The notes beneath the pieces were generated by a model. The model was not told the DNA's origin. It saw only the letters and a list, made by a program, of their open reading frames with translations, and did no database searches. A stretch of DNA of 64,000 nt, from the NCBI RefSeq assembly GCF_009914755.1, contig NC_060930.1. One strand, 5' to 3'. The position numbers were made by a program, and so were the translations under genes. The DNA comes from the human T2T-CHM13v2.0 reference genome, Homo sapiens. Positions 41,077 to 54,824 of the stretch are shown here, one piece after another; within the stretch, counting starts at the first letter, position 1; every line of letters starts with the position of its first letter.

Positions 41077-41144
41077 CCTCGATGGTCATTGTATTGCATT
41101 TTTACAACTGTATCATTTCTTCAGGTATGCTGAAGCTTAAGTGT
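41077..41144 (-). other. Probable 68-nt exon (UTR, or carrying a start or stop codon) of the unidentified host gene
   Basis: Minus strand: gcgttttttcgtag|ACACTTAAG...CCATCGAGG|gtgagt; strong splice sites, retained CpGs, stops in all three frames, ATGs near the 3' end. Confidence 0.65.
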
Positions 41145-41865
41145 CTACGAAAAAACGCTACTACATTTTAAGAACTATTTTAAAACATGTAACATACTAA
41201 ACATATTTAAGTAATTAAAAAGTACTCAATTCATCAGACCAGTCATAGGTGTTAACATGGTCACTTTAATTCAAACAACTGCTTTTCTCTCCTCTTTTCT
41301 TCTTCCTGTCCTTTCACAAAAAAAAATCTTTTCCAAAAGATGACAGTCAAGAATAGACTACAAAAGCATTCTTTTACTGAATCAATGAGACTAAAACTGG
41401 GGAAAAAAATGAAGCTGAGTTTTGCTGTTATTTGAAAAGTTAATTCGTGACAAGAAAAATGTTAACATGTTTGCTGACCCTACTTATTCTGAGCCATGAA
41501 ATTGCTCAAACCAGAGCAAACTGCCAACCATGACGAGAGTAAAGGATTCTGCAGATGCATCATTCCTACATAGTATAGCCCAAGGTGAACAGTCCATGAG
41601 TATTATACACTAGAACGCAGAGGGCTGGGTACAGAAAATAAGGGGAGGAAAGATGCCAGAGGCAGAATATGGTCATACCGCCCAGGCCCCAATACTGGGA
41701 AGTTCTGTCTTCATGAGAAGCAGTACAGCATGGTGATTAACAGCATTGATTCCACAATCACACTCCCCATGTGTAAATCCTAATTCTGTCATTTTCTAGC
41801 CATGTGACCTTGGGGCAGTCGCTCAACCTCTCTGTGCCTTCATTTTCCCACACAGCAAAATGTGT

Positions 41866-42237
41866 ATGTATTAGTATACTAGGGCCAACATAGCAAAATA
41901 CCACAGACTTGAAGGCTTAAATAATTAATTAATTTTCTCATAGTTCCAGAGGCTGAAAGTCCAAGATCAAGATACCAATAAGGCTGGTTTCTCCTGAGGA
42001 CTCTCCTTGATTTCTGGATAGCCACCTTCTGGTCTTCTGTCTTCATTTCTGTGAACACACATTCTTGGAGTCTCTTCCTCTTTTTATAAGGACATCAGTC
42101 ATAGTAGATTAGGGCCCACTCTTATGACATCATTTAACCTTAATGACCTCTTTAAAGTCCCTACCTCCAAATACAATCACATTGGGGGTTAGGGCTTCAA
42201 CATATGAATTTTGGGGAATACAATTCAGTGCATAACA
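41866..42237 (-). mobile_element. MLT1A/B-type LTR inserted into a MIR (MIR halves about 41720-41865 and 42245-42345)
   Basis: tgtattagt...aaataccacagact...gggttagggcttcaacatatgaatttt...ataaca. Confidence 0.85.
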
Positions 42238-42902
42238 AACAGTATAAAACAATAATAGCTACCTCACATGACTGTGGTGATGATTAGATGTATTACTATA
42301 CAAGTGCCTGGCTCATGGGAAGTTCTATATAAATGCTTACTATTAGGCTAAGCCCCATTAAATTCACATGTCTAACAAGTATCCACAAATCACAGCATCA
42401 AGTGGATGAAAACAGACATTTGCAGTCTGTCTTTAAGATTTCTTGTATTGGGACAGTGATATCTTTGGGGATAAATGGAGGACACATCTTGCTGATAACA
42501 TCTATCTCAATTCAAAACATGGGTGGTTAATATAGAAATGTTAGTGGTTCCTAACAGGAGCAAAACCAATAGATAGCTTTGATTTTCTCACATTCCCAGT
42601 GGGACACAAAGGCTTTTTGTGTCTCAGGATTATGTGCTGATAAAGAATGCGGAAAGAATGTTTATGAGGAAGCAGACAAAAGCAGCCTGGCTCCGGTGTA
42701 TCCACACTTGGCAGCTGTAATGCAGTTTCGGCTACACCAATAATTTCCAATTATTTTTACCTGCAGTCAATTCTCAAGCTAGAAGACTGTGGTGAGAATA
42801 TGAGATTAATTTAGACAGGCTCAGGCACTCATGTGAACACCAAAATCTGCCACTAAAACAAACATCAGGCTTACATTAATCTATCATTTTTTTTCTCGTT
42901 AC

Positions 42903-43020
42903 CTTTTCAATCGCCCTTCATGATCCTGGCCAGGGTTCTGTGTGCGTGATAGATGGCGAATGGAATGGCAGACAGCAGCAGAACAACAGCAGCAAAAGTT
43001 ACCGACCACAAGCACAGACA
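42903..43020 (-). other. Probable 118-nt exon of the unidentified host gene (frame 1 encodes a TM-like peptide and a stop)
   Basis: Minus strand: ccgctttcgttttcag|TGTCTG...TTGAAAAG|gtaacg; GC- and CpG-enriched relative to the flanks; non-repetitive. Confidence 0.65.
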
Positions 43021-44451
43021 CTGAAAACGAAAGCGGCTTGGTAACTAACAGGCTAATCTTCACGGCAGGAAGAATACTTGGCAATGAAACTTCCCCTGGG
43101 AATTGATTCATTACTGTTCACATTTGTTTAAATGAATTTAACATAATCTTCTAATTGTGGAAGTCTGATCCTATCACTCCCCTGCCTATCTGCCTAAAAC
43201 TCTTCCATATCATCAGGTTGCCTCCAAGATAAAGTCATCATTCCCTTGCATAACACCCAAGGGTTTCATGATCTAGTCCCAACAAATTGCCACATTCATC
43301 TCTATTACAGAATCTTCAAAGATACCAGTAGCAGTTCCTAGTACCGTACTTCTGGGCCCTTCACATGCTGCCTTCTCTATCAAGAAAACCCTCCTCATTG
43401 GCTCTGATAACTGCTCTATGTCTTTGGTCTCAATGCTGATATCCCCTCCTAGGCAAATTCCATCCATCCACCCCCAACTGAGTAGTTTGCCTCTTCAGCA
43501 TGTTCCCAGAATACCCCAAATCTAACACTATTATGGGATATATCATACTGTTACATTGTACATATTTAAGCAACTGCCTACTCAAAATTTTCAAGAGAAC
43601 CTTGTAGCCTAACTATCCAAAAATGAAAATTCCAATATATTATGGTGGTTGAGATCAAGTATTTCTATATCAGACAGACCTGAGCTTGAAACTTATTTGT
43701 CTTTTATTACTCATATGGCCCCAAGAGAAGCTGTAACATGGAGACACAATAATATTTATTTTACGGGATTTTGAAGTATTTAATAAGTAAATACACTTGC
43801 CGCAGCACCTGGCATGAGGACAAGTTCATAGCTGTTATTTTCATGCTCAGTATCTAATTCATCTCCTACTACTCTATTGAATATAACCCACTCTTCAAGT
43901 TGGACTGTTTGGCCTGAAAATAGTCTTAAGTTTTCTCTTCAGCTGAAATACTCCATCTCCCAATCTTTGCATATGGAAACCCTTGCCTTCCAAAAACCCC
44001 TTGCTAGTGCCACACTTTCCACCTATCCTTTCCAAGCCTAGACCTGCTTTCTCCCTTCTCTTGGATAGCCCCCTTGTGCTTTTTGGAAAGGGCAGGAGAC
44101 ACTGATGTTTGCTCATTTTTGTGGCAACCCATACCCCAAATTTTCCCCCAATCCAGAGTGTGGTGTCCCATGTGCCACCAAAATGTAAGTATTTTAGAAG
44201 CCGGAATATGTGTTTTTATTGCTCTCTAACAATATCTGGCACATGGTAGGCACTCAACAATATATGTTAAATGAATGAGTGAGTTGGCTGTTTCTATTGC
44301 AAAAGAAAGCCAGCATTCACCTCCTTTACTTTTTCCTAAGAGCAAATTCTATTGACCAAAATTCACTAAAAACTGGAAATTAAAACTGCAATTTTTAAAA
44401 ATTTATTACATACGAACATCTCAAGCCCAGTCAATGTACCCCCCGCTAACT

Positions 44452-44800
<349 letters not shown>

Positions 44801-45204
44801 CTATACTTATACTGTGGTCAATTCATAGAACTAGAAGAGAGTTTAGAAATCACCAAATGCAAATGCTTTATTTTAACCACATGGTAAACAAGCACAATGG
44901 GTGACTTGGTGTCATCAAGGCACTTTTCCTCCATCTCTTCATCTGGAAACTCCAAAGGTAACTGTCCCCTCATCTATGATGCTTTATCCAACTTCTCCAG
45001 ATACAGCCAGTAACTCTGTCATCTGCCTTCTCTAAGCACTTCATTTCTACGTGAGTTATAACATTTATCTACATGTCCATTTCTCCAAACAGACTGAAGC
45101 TCCTAGAGGGCAAAACCTAAACAAAGCCTAACATAGTGCTGGTACACACTAGTGGTTTACCACATTGGTTAACGTTAAATATAGACAAACAGTAGTTACT
45201 AGAA

Positions 45205-45369
45205 CAGGTGTCTGTGGTCCAACTACCTGGGCAGCTGAGGCAGGAGGATGGCTTGAGCCCAGGAGTTTGAGGCTGCAATGAGCCATGACCTCAACTGTGA
45301 ACAGCCACCGCACTCCAGCCTGGGTAATGTAGCAAGACCCTGTATCTTAAAAAAAAAAAAAAAAAAAAA
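45205..45369 (+). mobile_element. FRAM/AluJ right monomer
   Basis: gctgaggcaggaggatggcttgagcccaggagtttgaggctgca...poly-A; gtagttact repeats flank it. Confidence 0.85.
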
Positions 45370-46639
45370 GTGTAGTTACTTGAACCTGCTAATTGATAAA
45401 TTTTAATTGTTTCGATAAGATTACGTGTTATGCTGACATTCACCATCACCATTTTTTAAAGATATAATGATTTAGTAGATTTTAAATTTAAAAGATAAAA
45501 TAAGCTACATTATAGTAAATTTTGACAACAATTTTCCTTCTAAATATATCCCTGAAATTAGTATATTGTGTTTCAGATAAGATGTAGGAAGCTTTGTGAT
45601 CCGCCAGACTTGCAGTGTGTAAATAGGGAACAACTTTGAAACTGCTGCCCAACAGCTGGAGTACTCAGCGGGAGCACTGCAGTTAAAAAAAAACACTTTT
45701 GTTTCCCTGGGGGCAAAAGGCTAGAGCCAAACACAATAGTACAACCAAAACAACAAAAGGAGAAAAAATGTTTACAGGATTTATCTTGACGCTTTGGGAA
45801 GGAAAATAAAATATTACAACACTTCAATGGAAGTGGCACCACGCCGTCATGCAATCCAAAAGCATTTTAAAATCTGCCCATGATGTTTTTTCTAGTAAAC
45901 ATTTCCAAAAGAGCCTGAAACTTGATTTATGTGTGTGAAAGAGAATTAGAGTATACCTCCCTACATTTTACAACTCACATTAAAACTGTCATAACGCCCT
46001 GAAAGTATAGGGGAGAAAGTAAGAGCTGAATTGCTATTTTTCTGACATTAGTAAGCAGTCACATTGTAAAGCCTTTGCTATTCTCACAAAAAATAAATAA
46101 ATAAAATAAACAAAAATCTCAGTTCTCAACTCTCCGGTATGTGTTCATTTTCTAAGACAAACCACTAAAGAAAATATAAGAATTTTAAAAATATTTCTTC
46201 CTTTCTTCATATTTTATTATACATCAACTCTGTGCAATTTAAAACAAACTGTGTGGGTGAGTGTGTGTATCTATCCATTCATACACAGTCTAAAGAAGAG
46301 AAAGTGAATAGGCAAAGAACTTCAAAAATAGCAAAGCTTATCACTCAAGGAAGTTAAAGGAGAATCAATATAGAAAGGTGCCTGGGGTAAGGACCCAGTT
46401 GTTTAGAACTGAATTTTAAATGACTACATTTTAAACAAATGCATATGTACATAGATATATACTTTAAATCTTAATAAGAGACGCAATTTCAGGGAAAAGA
46501 TAAAAGAATATATAGCCATGTTGCCTAAAAAAGGAATTATGTGAACTGTAAGGAAAAGGTAATATGCAAATTTGTTTTTAAATCCTCGTGGAGGCAAGAG
46601 CCTAAAAAAAAAAATCCTCCTTAAATGTTACAGTTCAAA

Positions 46640-47330
46640 CCAAATACTCAGGCAGCATCTCTCATCCTTCCCTCTCTCTAAGTCCCCACAAATCTACTAG
46701 CATGCTCCATCACTCCCACCTTCAAAATACCTTTACCTGTACACTTCTCTCACCCTACAGTCACTTAGACTGCAACAATGTCCTCCTAACTGGTCTCACC
46801 AAAATCCACGTGGCCCCTCCAAACCCTTTTTCACACTATACTGAGGGCGATACTTATGAAAATTTGATCATGTCTTTTCCTTTAAGTCGTCATCGTTAGT
46901 TATAAGGTCCTGCATGCTCTGGCTTTTACCTGAAGCTTTGGCCACTCTCACCAGACTCTCCTTCACGCCTCTTCCCCAGCCATAGTGAGTGGGCTTCTCT
47001 CAGTTGCTGCAATGCACTGCATTCTCTCCAATGCACCGCATTCTCTCCAGTCTCCATGTCTTCACACAGGTGGGACTCTTTGCTTGTATCTCCTGCCTAG
47101 CTTTCCTAATGTCAAAATTCCTGTGCACTCCTTGGGTAAGACACATTCTTCTAAACCCCCTATATTTTTTTCTGGACTTTCCAAACTTAGGATTACATAT
47201 TGACAAGTATATGTTTCACATCCATCTACCCCAGACTGTAAAAGTCCAGGATGAAAAGTCCACAATGAAAAGGACTATGACCTCAGTCCCTAAAGCATGC
47301 CACAGTGAAGGTGCTCAATATACAGCTGAA
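46640..47330. mobile_element. L2 remnant
   Basis: tagactgcaacaatgtcctcctaactggtctc...aaggtgctcaata. Confidence 0.6.
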
Positions 47331-48473
47331 GACTGAGAGTGTCTTTCAAAATCTCAAGAAAAAAAGCAAACTTGATGAGGAAGCCCATCTTAGATTCCAG
47401 CAATGTGATTATCAGAAAAAACATTTCCCTAAATCTTAAGGCAGAAAAGTAGAGCAGGGATGGGGGCTAGTCCTAAAACCCAGTCCAGTAGTAAAGTAGA
47501 GAATAGAGAATAATAATTGTAAAATTCCACCTCTGATTATTATATATTATATCTAAGGAATTTGTCATATACTTTGTAACCCTATGGTTCCTCGCAGAAT
47601 GTTGTAAATATGGTTAGCATTTAATGAATATTTGATGAATAACCATTTTTAAGATAAAATATTAAACCTAAGTGAAGTGACAACTTTAAGACCTTGAGAT
47701 GTGAGATCAGGTCCAGATGTTATCCTTACATGGTCCTGTCCTGAACGATCAGAAAGACAGTCATGTTTGAAATCATATAATTTCTTTCAGTTTGATCATT
47801 AGTAACAACATATGCAGCTTTTTAAATTATTAGCATCCTGTAAGATTTATTATCTTCTAAACAAATATTGTATAATCTAACTCTAATTGCTTCTTGGTTT
47901 ATGAAAAGCAAAAGTGTTACACAAGGTATAATAAACTAATGATGTTGTAATGTGACATTTTCAGGTGTGGCTTTTAGAATTACTCTCATAACACAATTAT
48001 TTATAAACCAAGAAGACTATAATTTTTCTCACAAAATCTTACTCAAAATATAATTGTGCTTGGCATTACAATAAACCAAAGAAGGCCAAGTTGTTCTGGA
48101 ATCAGTAAAACATTACAGGTAACAAACATGAGTTTACTTATAAAATAAAAATCGTAACATCCAAAAAGTACACCAAAATAACTCTAAGCCAAAACCCTCC
48201 TACATGCACAATAGTATGTGATTAATCACTTATAAAATTGCCTTATGTCAACTGTCGGAATTGAAGATGACTATATTCTATACTACCAGCAAGTGTTCAC
48301 ATTAGAGGGAAATAATAAACATGTATGTTCCAGTCAGTAGCAGAACACTAATTTTAACATTAATCATTTTATGATCCCAGGAAGAGGAGGAAAAAAATAA
48401 CATTAAACTCACTTTTAAACTATATTTAATTTAATTATGCCTGGCTATATATACTTAAAAAATAACCATTTTA

Positions 48474-48605
48474 TGCTGAGCTCAGTGGTTCACACCTGTA
48501 ATACCAGCTACTCTGGAGGCTGAGGCAGGGCGATCCCTTGAGCCCAGGAGTTTGAGACCATCCTGGGCAACATAGGGAGACCCTGTCTTTAATAATAATA
48601 ATAAT
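48474..48605 (+). mobile_element. FLAM_C monomer with (AAT)n tail
   Basis: cagtggttcacacctgtaata...gagcccaggagtttgagacc. Confidence 0.85.
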
Positions 48606-50799
48606 TTGAACACAAACTAGACAGAAAATAGGTTGCTTTAAATACTTGAGATTTTTATCTTGGTTTGAAATGAGTAAATAGAAAATGTCAAATTTCAATC
48701 AGATAAACATCAAAGTGAGAGGGTCACCCATTTAAACACCTTGGCTTCCTTGTTTTGATTGAATTCATCCTATTTCCCCTCTTTTAAAATTTCTCACTCT
48801 GTCATTCTTATACCTTCTTTCCCATTATTATACATTCCAGTGTTAATACATCCATATTTTGATGAGCTCTGTTCTCTTAATTTGGATCCAAATTTTTAAG
48901 TAATTATCACCTATCAAAAAGGTTTTTTTTTTTTTCCTTTCTATTAGATGTAGCTAACAAATAAACAGTAAAATCTCATTAACTGGAGGTGGGGTGAGAT
49001 GACTACGAATCACTTTAAAATCTGAACTGTAGAACATTTTAAAAGAATATGTTGTGTATATTACGAAGTATTTTTAACAATAAGTAGTTTTAAGAACAGG
49101 TTGACTAATATGCATCCTTAAAGAATTTTTCTCATGAGTAGATTTAGATACTTTTCTATTAGCATAATGTTTGTCTGAGTTGTAAAAAAAAACAAAAACA
49201 AAAGCAAAAAAACAATTAATTTTCTTAGGAGCTGTAAATAAATCCCCTGAAACTGTAGTCATCCTGCTTCCTTAACACCCTTTTTCTGTCAAGAATGTTA
49301 AAAAGACAAATCACAGCCTAGCTTCCATTCCAAGCATTCTCCCATCCAAACTACGGACAGTTTCCAGTTTCAAAACAGAACCCTTCTCAACCTGGGCTCC
49401 TGGATACTGAGGGGACTTTTCAGGCTTGCCCCTTGTTGATGCAGCCCAGAGAATCTACATTTGGAATATTTATTTAAGAAACCTCATTACTTGGAAGAAT
49501 ACTGGCTTTTCTTGCCCACTTAAACGAACCAGCTCCCTCCAACCCATGGGGGAGACGTTTACTCAGTTCAATAAACAGCACTTGGCAAAGAGCCCTTCCT
49601 CTACTTTATTTGCATCCCAATATCCTCTTCTGCTTTTAGCAAGATGAGGCTAAGGGAATGCTGGAGAACAGTGGCATCAATGCTCCTCTGTCCAGATAAC
49701 TGTCTGATCCTCTAAAGGTTGAGAACTATGTCTAAGTATGACAATGTGCATAACTCAAAGTCTTCAGGATATATACTGAATTATAAGGTTATGCCACACT
49801 GATACATAAAATGTAAAATATATATTTTTATGATTATATTTTGGATTAGGCCACAGAATAAATATGGAATAAAAACATATATCTTGACAAAAAATTCAGC
49901 TGGATACCCACATAGATAGATAAATAGAATGAATGGCAGAGAGAGAGAAGACAGGCAGCGGACAGCTACTCTGCTAGCTATTTTCAATTACTGAAATATC
50001 TCTACTCACAAGTTTTACAGTTGATTGGAGGTTTTGTGTATCTTTTTTATTCCTTTGTTGTTGTTAAGTCTTGGATATATTTTTATTGGTCAAAATTATT
50101 TCAATGTTCCATTGAGTATCACAATAGGTATTTCAACGTAAATTTTAAATCGAGTTTTATTTACATAGTGTTATTTTGTTTTAAAATCAAAATGCAGCTT
50201 TATTTGAAGACAAATGTGAATAATGAGTTCATACAGGTATGTCCAAAGTACATTTGCCTTCCATTGCTTTTGTCAAGAGTAATACCAAAATAGGAAAAGT
50301 AAATAAAAAAAAAACCTTAGCTTTATTCACAACATCCTGTCATAAAGAAGAAACAAAAGACTGTGTAAAAAGTACTCAACAGGACTGATCTCTACAAGTG
50401 AAAACACTGAACTGTAAATCTTCAGGTTCGAAAAATATTTTAAAAGACAATCCAGTCTTCCTAAGTCAAACCCAGTAGTCAATTAGTATTTGAAGGGCCA
50501 AAGGGCAAGGCATTACAATCATAGTAACTTACATATGTGTAGCTCAATTTGGAAAAGAATATCCAACATAAATTACCCAGTTTGATTCTCACAACCCTGT
50601 AAATATCCAGAAATTATACACGAATTGAGGATAAGGAAACAGGCTATATAAGTTAAATTACTCATTTACCAAATTACGCAAACTCTATGCTCTTTGCACT
50701 GTACCAGGAAGTGCCACGACATAATAGTTAAGCGAAAAAACTTGGAGCTTATAAAGTTGTGTGAATAGGATTTATAGCAAACATTGTATGAGAGAAGTA

Positions 50800-51085
50800 T
50801 AGTAACTTTCCCATATTTTTGGCCAGACCCACAGTTAGAAATTCTTTTTGCATTGTGACTCAGTACACAGACATATAAGGATACATAAATCTATTCCATT
50901 AAAACCAAAGTTTCATGAAACAATACTTCTCTCTTCCTCTACGAAATGTATGATTACCTTTGTTATTGTTTTTGTTATATTCTATTTCATGGTTGGTCTG
51001 GTTTTTTTCCTTAAGCTGGTTGCTACCTACTGAATTGAATTCGGTACCCACCAAATGGGTGGTTACATACAATTTGAAAATAATG
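50800..51085 (-). mobile_element. MER113-like hAT-Charlie remnant
   Basis: ctactgaattgaattcggtacccaccaaatgggtggttac...aatttgaaaa. Confidence 0.45.
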
Positions 51086-51958
51086 AGCTGATACTTAGCT
51101 CAATGCTAGGACCAGTAAACACTAAAATGTTAGTTATTGAAAATAATTTTTAAAGTTATGTCCCTATAGGTTGGTGGACTCAAAACACTCAAAAGGGATA
51201 CAATGTTTACCTCTGAAATACTCAGGCAAGACATGTAAATGGCCCAGAGAAACATACACCAATGGCTTCAGTTTCTGATGCAGAGGCAGGTAAAATCCTG
51301 ATGCTCATGTATTGTTGTCATTATGTCATCAGGCTGCAGTGAAGGAGTGGCTAAATATAGTGAGACATGAACTAAAAATCTTTATCAGGCCCTGCTGAAT
51401 AAACAGAATGTTGAAATAGAGAGTAATACAAATTAGAAGTTGTCAGAAACAGATGCTCTAAAAATGGGTCATCCTAGTTAATACAATCATGTGATTAACT
51501 GAAAATTTGGGGGGGGGAGTCTCATTTCAATCACTGTGGCCACTACTGGTAAGCTTTCCAGCCTTATGAATTACAATTTACCCAGCATAATTACATTTTT
51601 GATTATGCTTAGCTAATTCAGCCATCACTCTGAATATCAATTAATTGTTAAAGTATTATAGGCATAAAGGTAAGAGATTGAGTTTAACGTCTACTGATCA
51701 CAGGTCACACAGAAGAGATTGCTCTTTAAAAATAAATCCCTGAGAGTTTATATGAACATATGTCTTTTTCCTATTATATAACCATTTAAGTACAGGAAAC
51801 AATCGACTTAGTGCTACACCTTTATTAATTCTGAATATTATTTGTCTCTATGTCTTCTCCCACTTGGTTTCCTCAAGGAGAAAGAGTACTAACTGAGAAG
51901 AGTTAAAAATCTACATTTTGTTTTGCACAGTCTGAGGAATCTTTATTATGAAATCTAT

Positions 51959-52321
51959 ACTCTGTTGCCCAGGCTAAGTGCAGTGGCATAATCTCAGCTC
52001 ACTACAACCTCCGCCTCCTGGGCTCAAGCAATCCTCCTGCCTCCCAGGTAGGCTGGGACTAGCCCGGGCTAAGTGCAGTGGCATAATCTCGACTTATTGC
52101 AACCTCCACCTCCTGGGCTCAAGCAATCCTCCTGCCTCAGCCTCCCAGGTAGGCTGGGACTACAGGTGTGTGCAACCACACCCAGCTAATTTTTGTATTT
52201 TTAATAGAGACAGGGTTTCACCACGTTGACCAGGCTGGTCTCAAACTCCTGACCTCAAATGATCCATCTGCCTCAGCCTGCCAAAGTGCTGGATTACAGG
52301 CATGAGCCACTGTGCCCAGCC
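51959..52321 (-). mobile_element. Tailless Alu with an internal 95-bp duplication; TSD TGAAATCTAT
   Basis: Right-arm segment repeated at 51967 and 52062; no poly-T; direct repeats at 51949 and 52322. Confidence 0.9.
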
Positions 52322-52536
52322 TGAAATCTATGTTTAAACTGTAAAGTTTGGAATGCTTCCAAATTCTTGAAATTGTTCATATATAAGGGAAAGTAAATTT
52401 TTTTCCTGCTACAAGATAAAAGATTTTATATAAGATATACAAAGAGAAATCATATGGAGAAAATCCATTTTCCCAAAATAAGTCATAAGTCACTTGGGGA
52501 CTGTCAGCACTTTGTCATATATTACTAAACTCAAAT

Positions 52537-52537
<1 letters not shown>

Positions 52538-52565
<28 letters not shown>
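52538..52565. repeat. (CA)n microsatellite
   Basis: Read directly from the sequence. Confidence 0.95.
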
Positions 52566-52569
<4 letters not shown>

Positions 52570-53717
52570 CCCATTAAAAGGGAAAAAATACATATACAAC
52601 ATATTCACAATCTGCCAATTTCAAGAACTTTCTTACAATATGCCTTAAAATGTGAATATCTTAGTTTTAGACACTAGGTTTTTTGTGGGCGGAGCCTAAC
52701 AAAGGCATGTGGAGCACAGGAATTTCCATTTAGCGCTACATTAATCTTACATGACATTTTTTGGAACATGAAATATTTTTGTCCTATATAAACAAATATT
52801 ATAAGAGCATATGTTAAAACAACATTCCACTTTTCTAACACTGATAGAGATTAAATAATGAAAGAATTTTAAAACTCAAGTGAAATAATCAAAAGTAACT
52901 TTAGCTAACAAATAGTAATAACTGCTTAAAAGTAACTGATAATTCAGTAGAAAATAATGATAAAAGACCATTAAATCAAAGCCCAAATGCAGTATTAAGA
53001 TGAAAAAACATGCTTTATATTTAATAATGTATATTTTGTAGATGTTAACAATTTCACATACATACACCCAAAATTAAAATCCATCAAAGTGGCAATGTAT
53101 AGCAGAATTGGATGAAAATCTACCTACTTTTACAGACATGTTGATTCTTCCAATATTTCTGAATAACTTAAATATTGGGTGCTCTTGTGAGCCACGGGAG
53201 GTTTGTTAGTGCAAAGATGATGTAGTAATTTACAAGCTACATTTACTGAAAACCCACTACCTACTGTGTAGTATTTGGGAAAGATGGTGTTTAGCATGAA
53301 AAATGTCCATAGTTCAAAGACATTGAAAAGTTTACCTTTTATATAGTCCTAGCAGTGCTCTAAGTTAACAGGACTTAAAGAGAGCTTGAATAGTCATATC
53401 AGCACCTGAGACCAAAGAGAGTCAATCCTGTATAGTGGGGAAACTTGAGTTAAACAGAAAAACAGTCTTCTTCTTGGGGATTTATTCCTGAGATTAAGCT
53501 CCACAGTGGATGCACCAAAGCCTTCTGACATCAACATTTTGTGTCAACGAACCTAAAGTTTCTTGATAACTAAACCCCTGCCAGGGAGTTTCAAAATGGA
53601 CCAGGTTTTCTTACACTAAACTGTTCAATTAGGAAAGTGTTATAGAAAGATCCCATAATTAAAGAGGATTATCTCACTGGATTCCTCACACCCATATGCC
53701 AAATTATAAGGCATGGA

Positions 53718-54440
<723 letters not shown>

Positions 54441-54824
54441 ATTACTTCCTCATTTTCCCAAGTACATTTTGTGCCCATTCATAAGGATTTTGCCAATTGA
54501 TGGCCTGATCCGAGAAACTTAACTAATCACCCAGGAGTGAGTGACTGTACTTTCTCCACGTCCTGATGGCACTTTTTGTACCTCCCACTCTTAATTATAT
54601 CTTACTTATTTCTAGATCTTCTAAATAGTCTGTAAGGTCATTAAGTGCAGGGACTTAGTCAACTAAATCATTTTGCCCTCTGTGCTATATACACTGCCTG
54701 GCACAGAATGAACATGCATTTACTATTTGATTAACTTAACCAAACTAACATGAAAGAAATCAGATAAACTCTGTCATACATATTTTGTTAAATGAAGAGA
54801 CCCTAGCTCACCAGCCTAACTTTA

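Noticed and set aside
42899-43111. 70-aa minus-strand ORF as a stand-alone gene
   Set aside because: It runs through an acceptor and a donor, so it is better explained as intron plus the 118-nt exon
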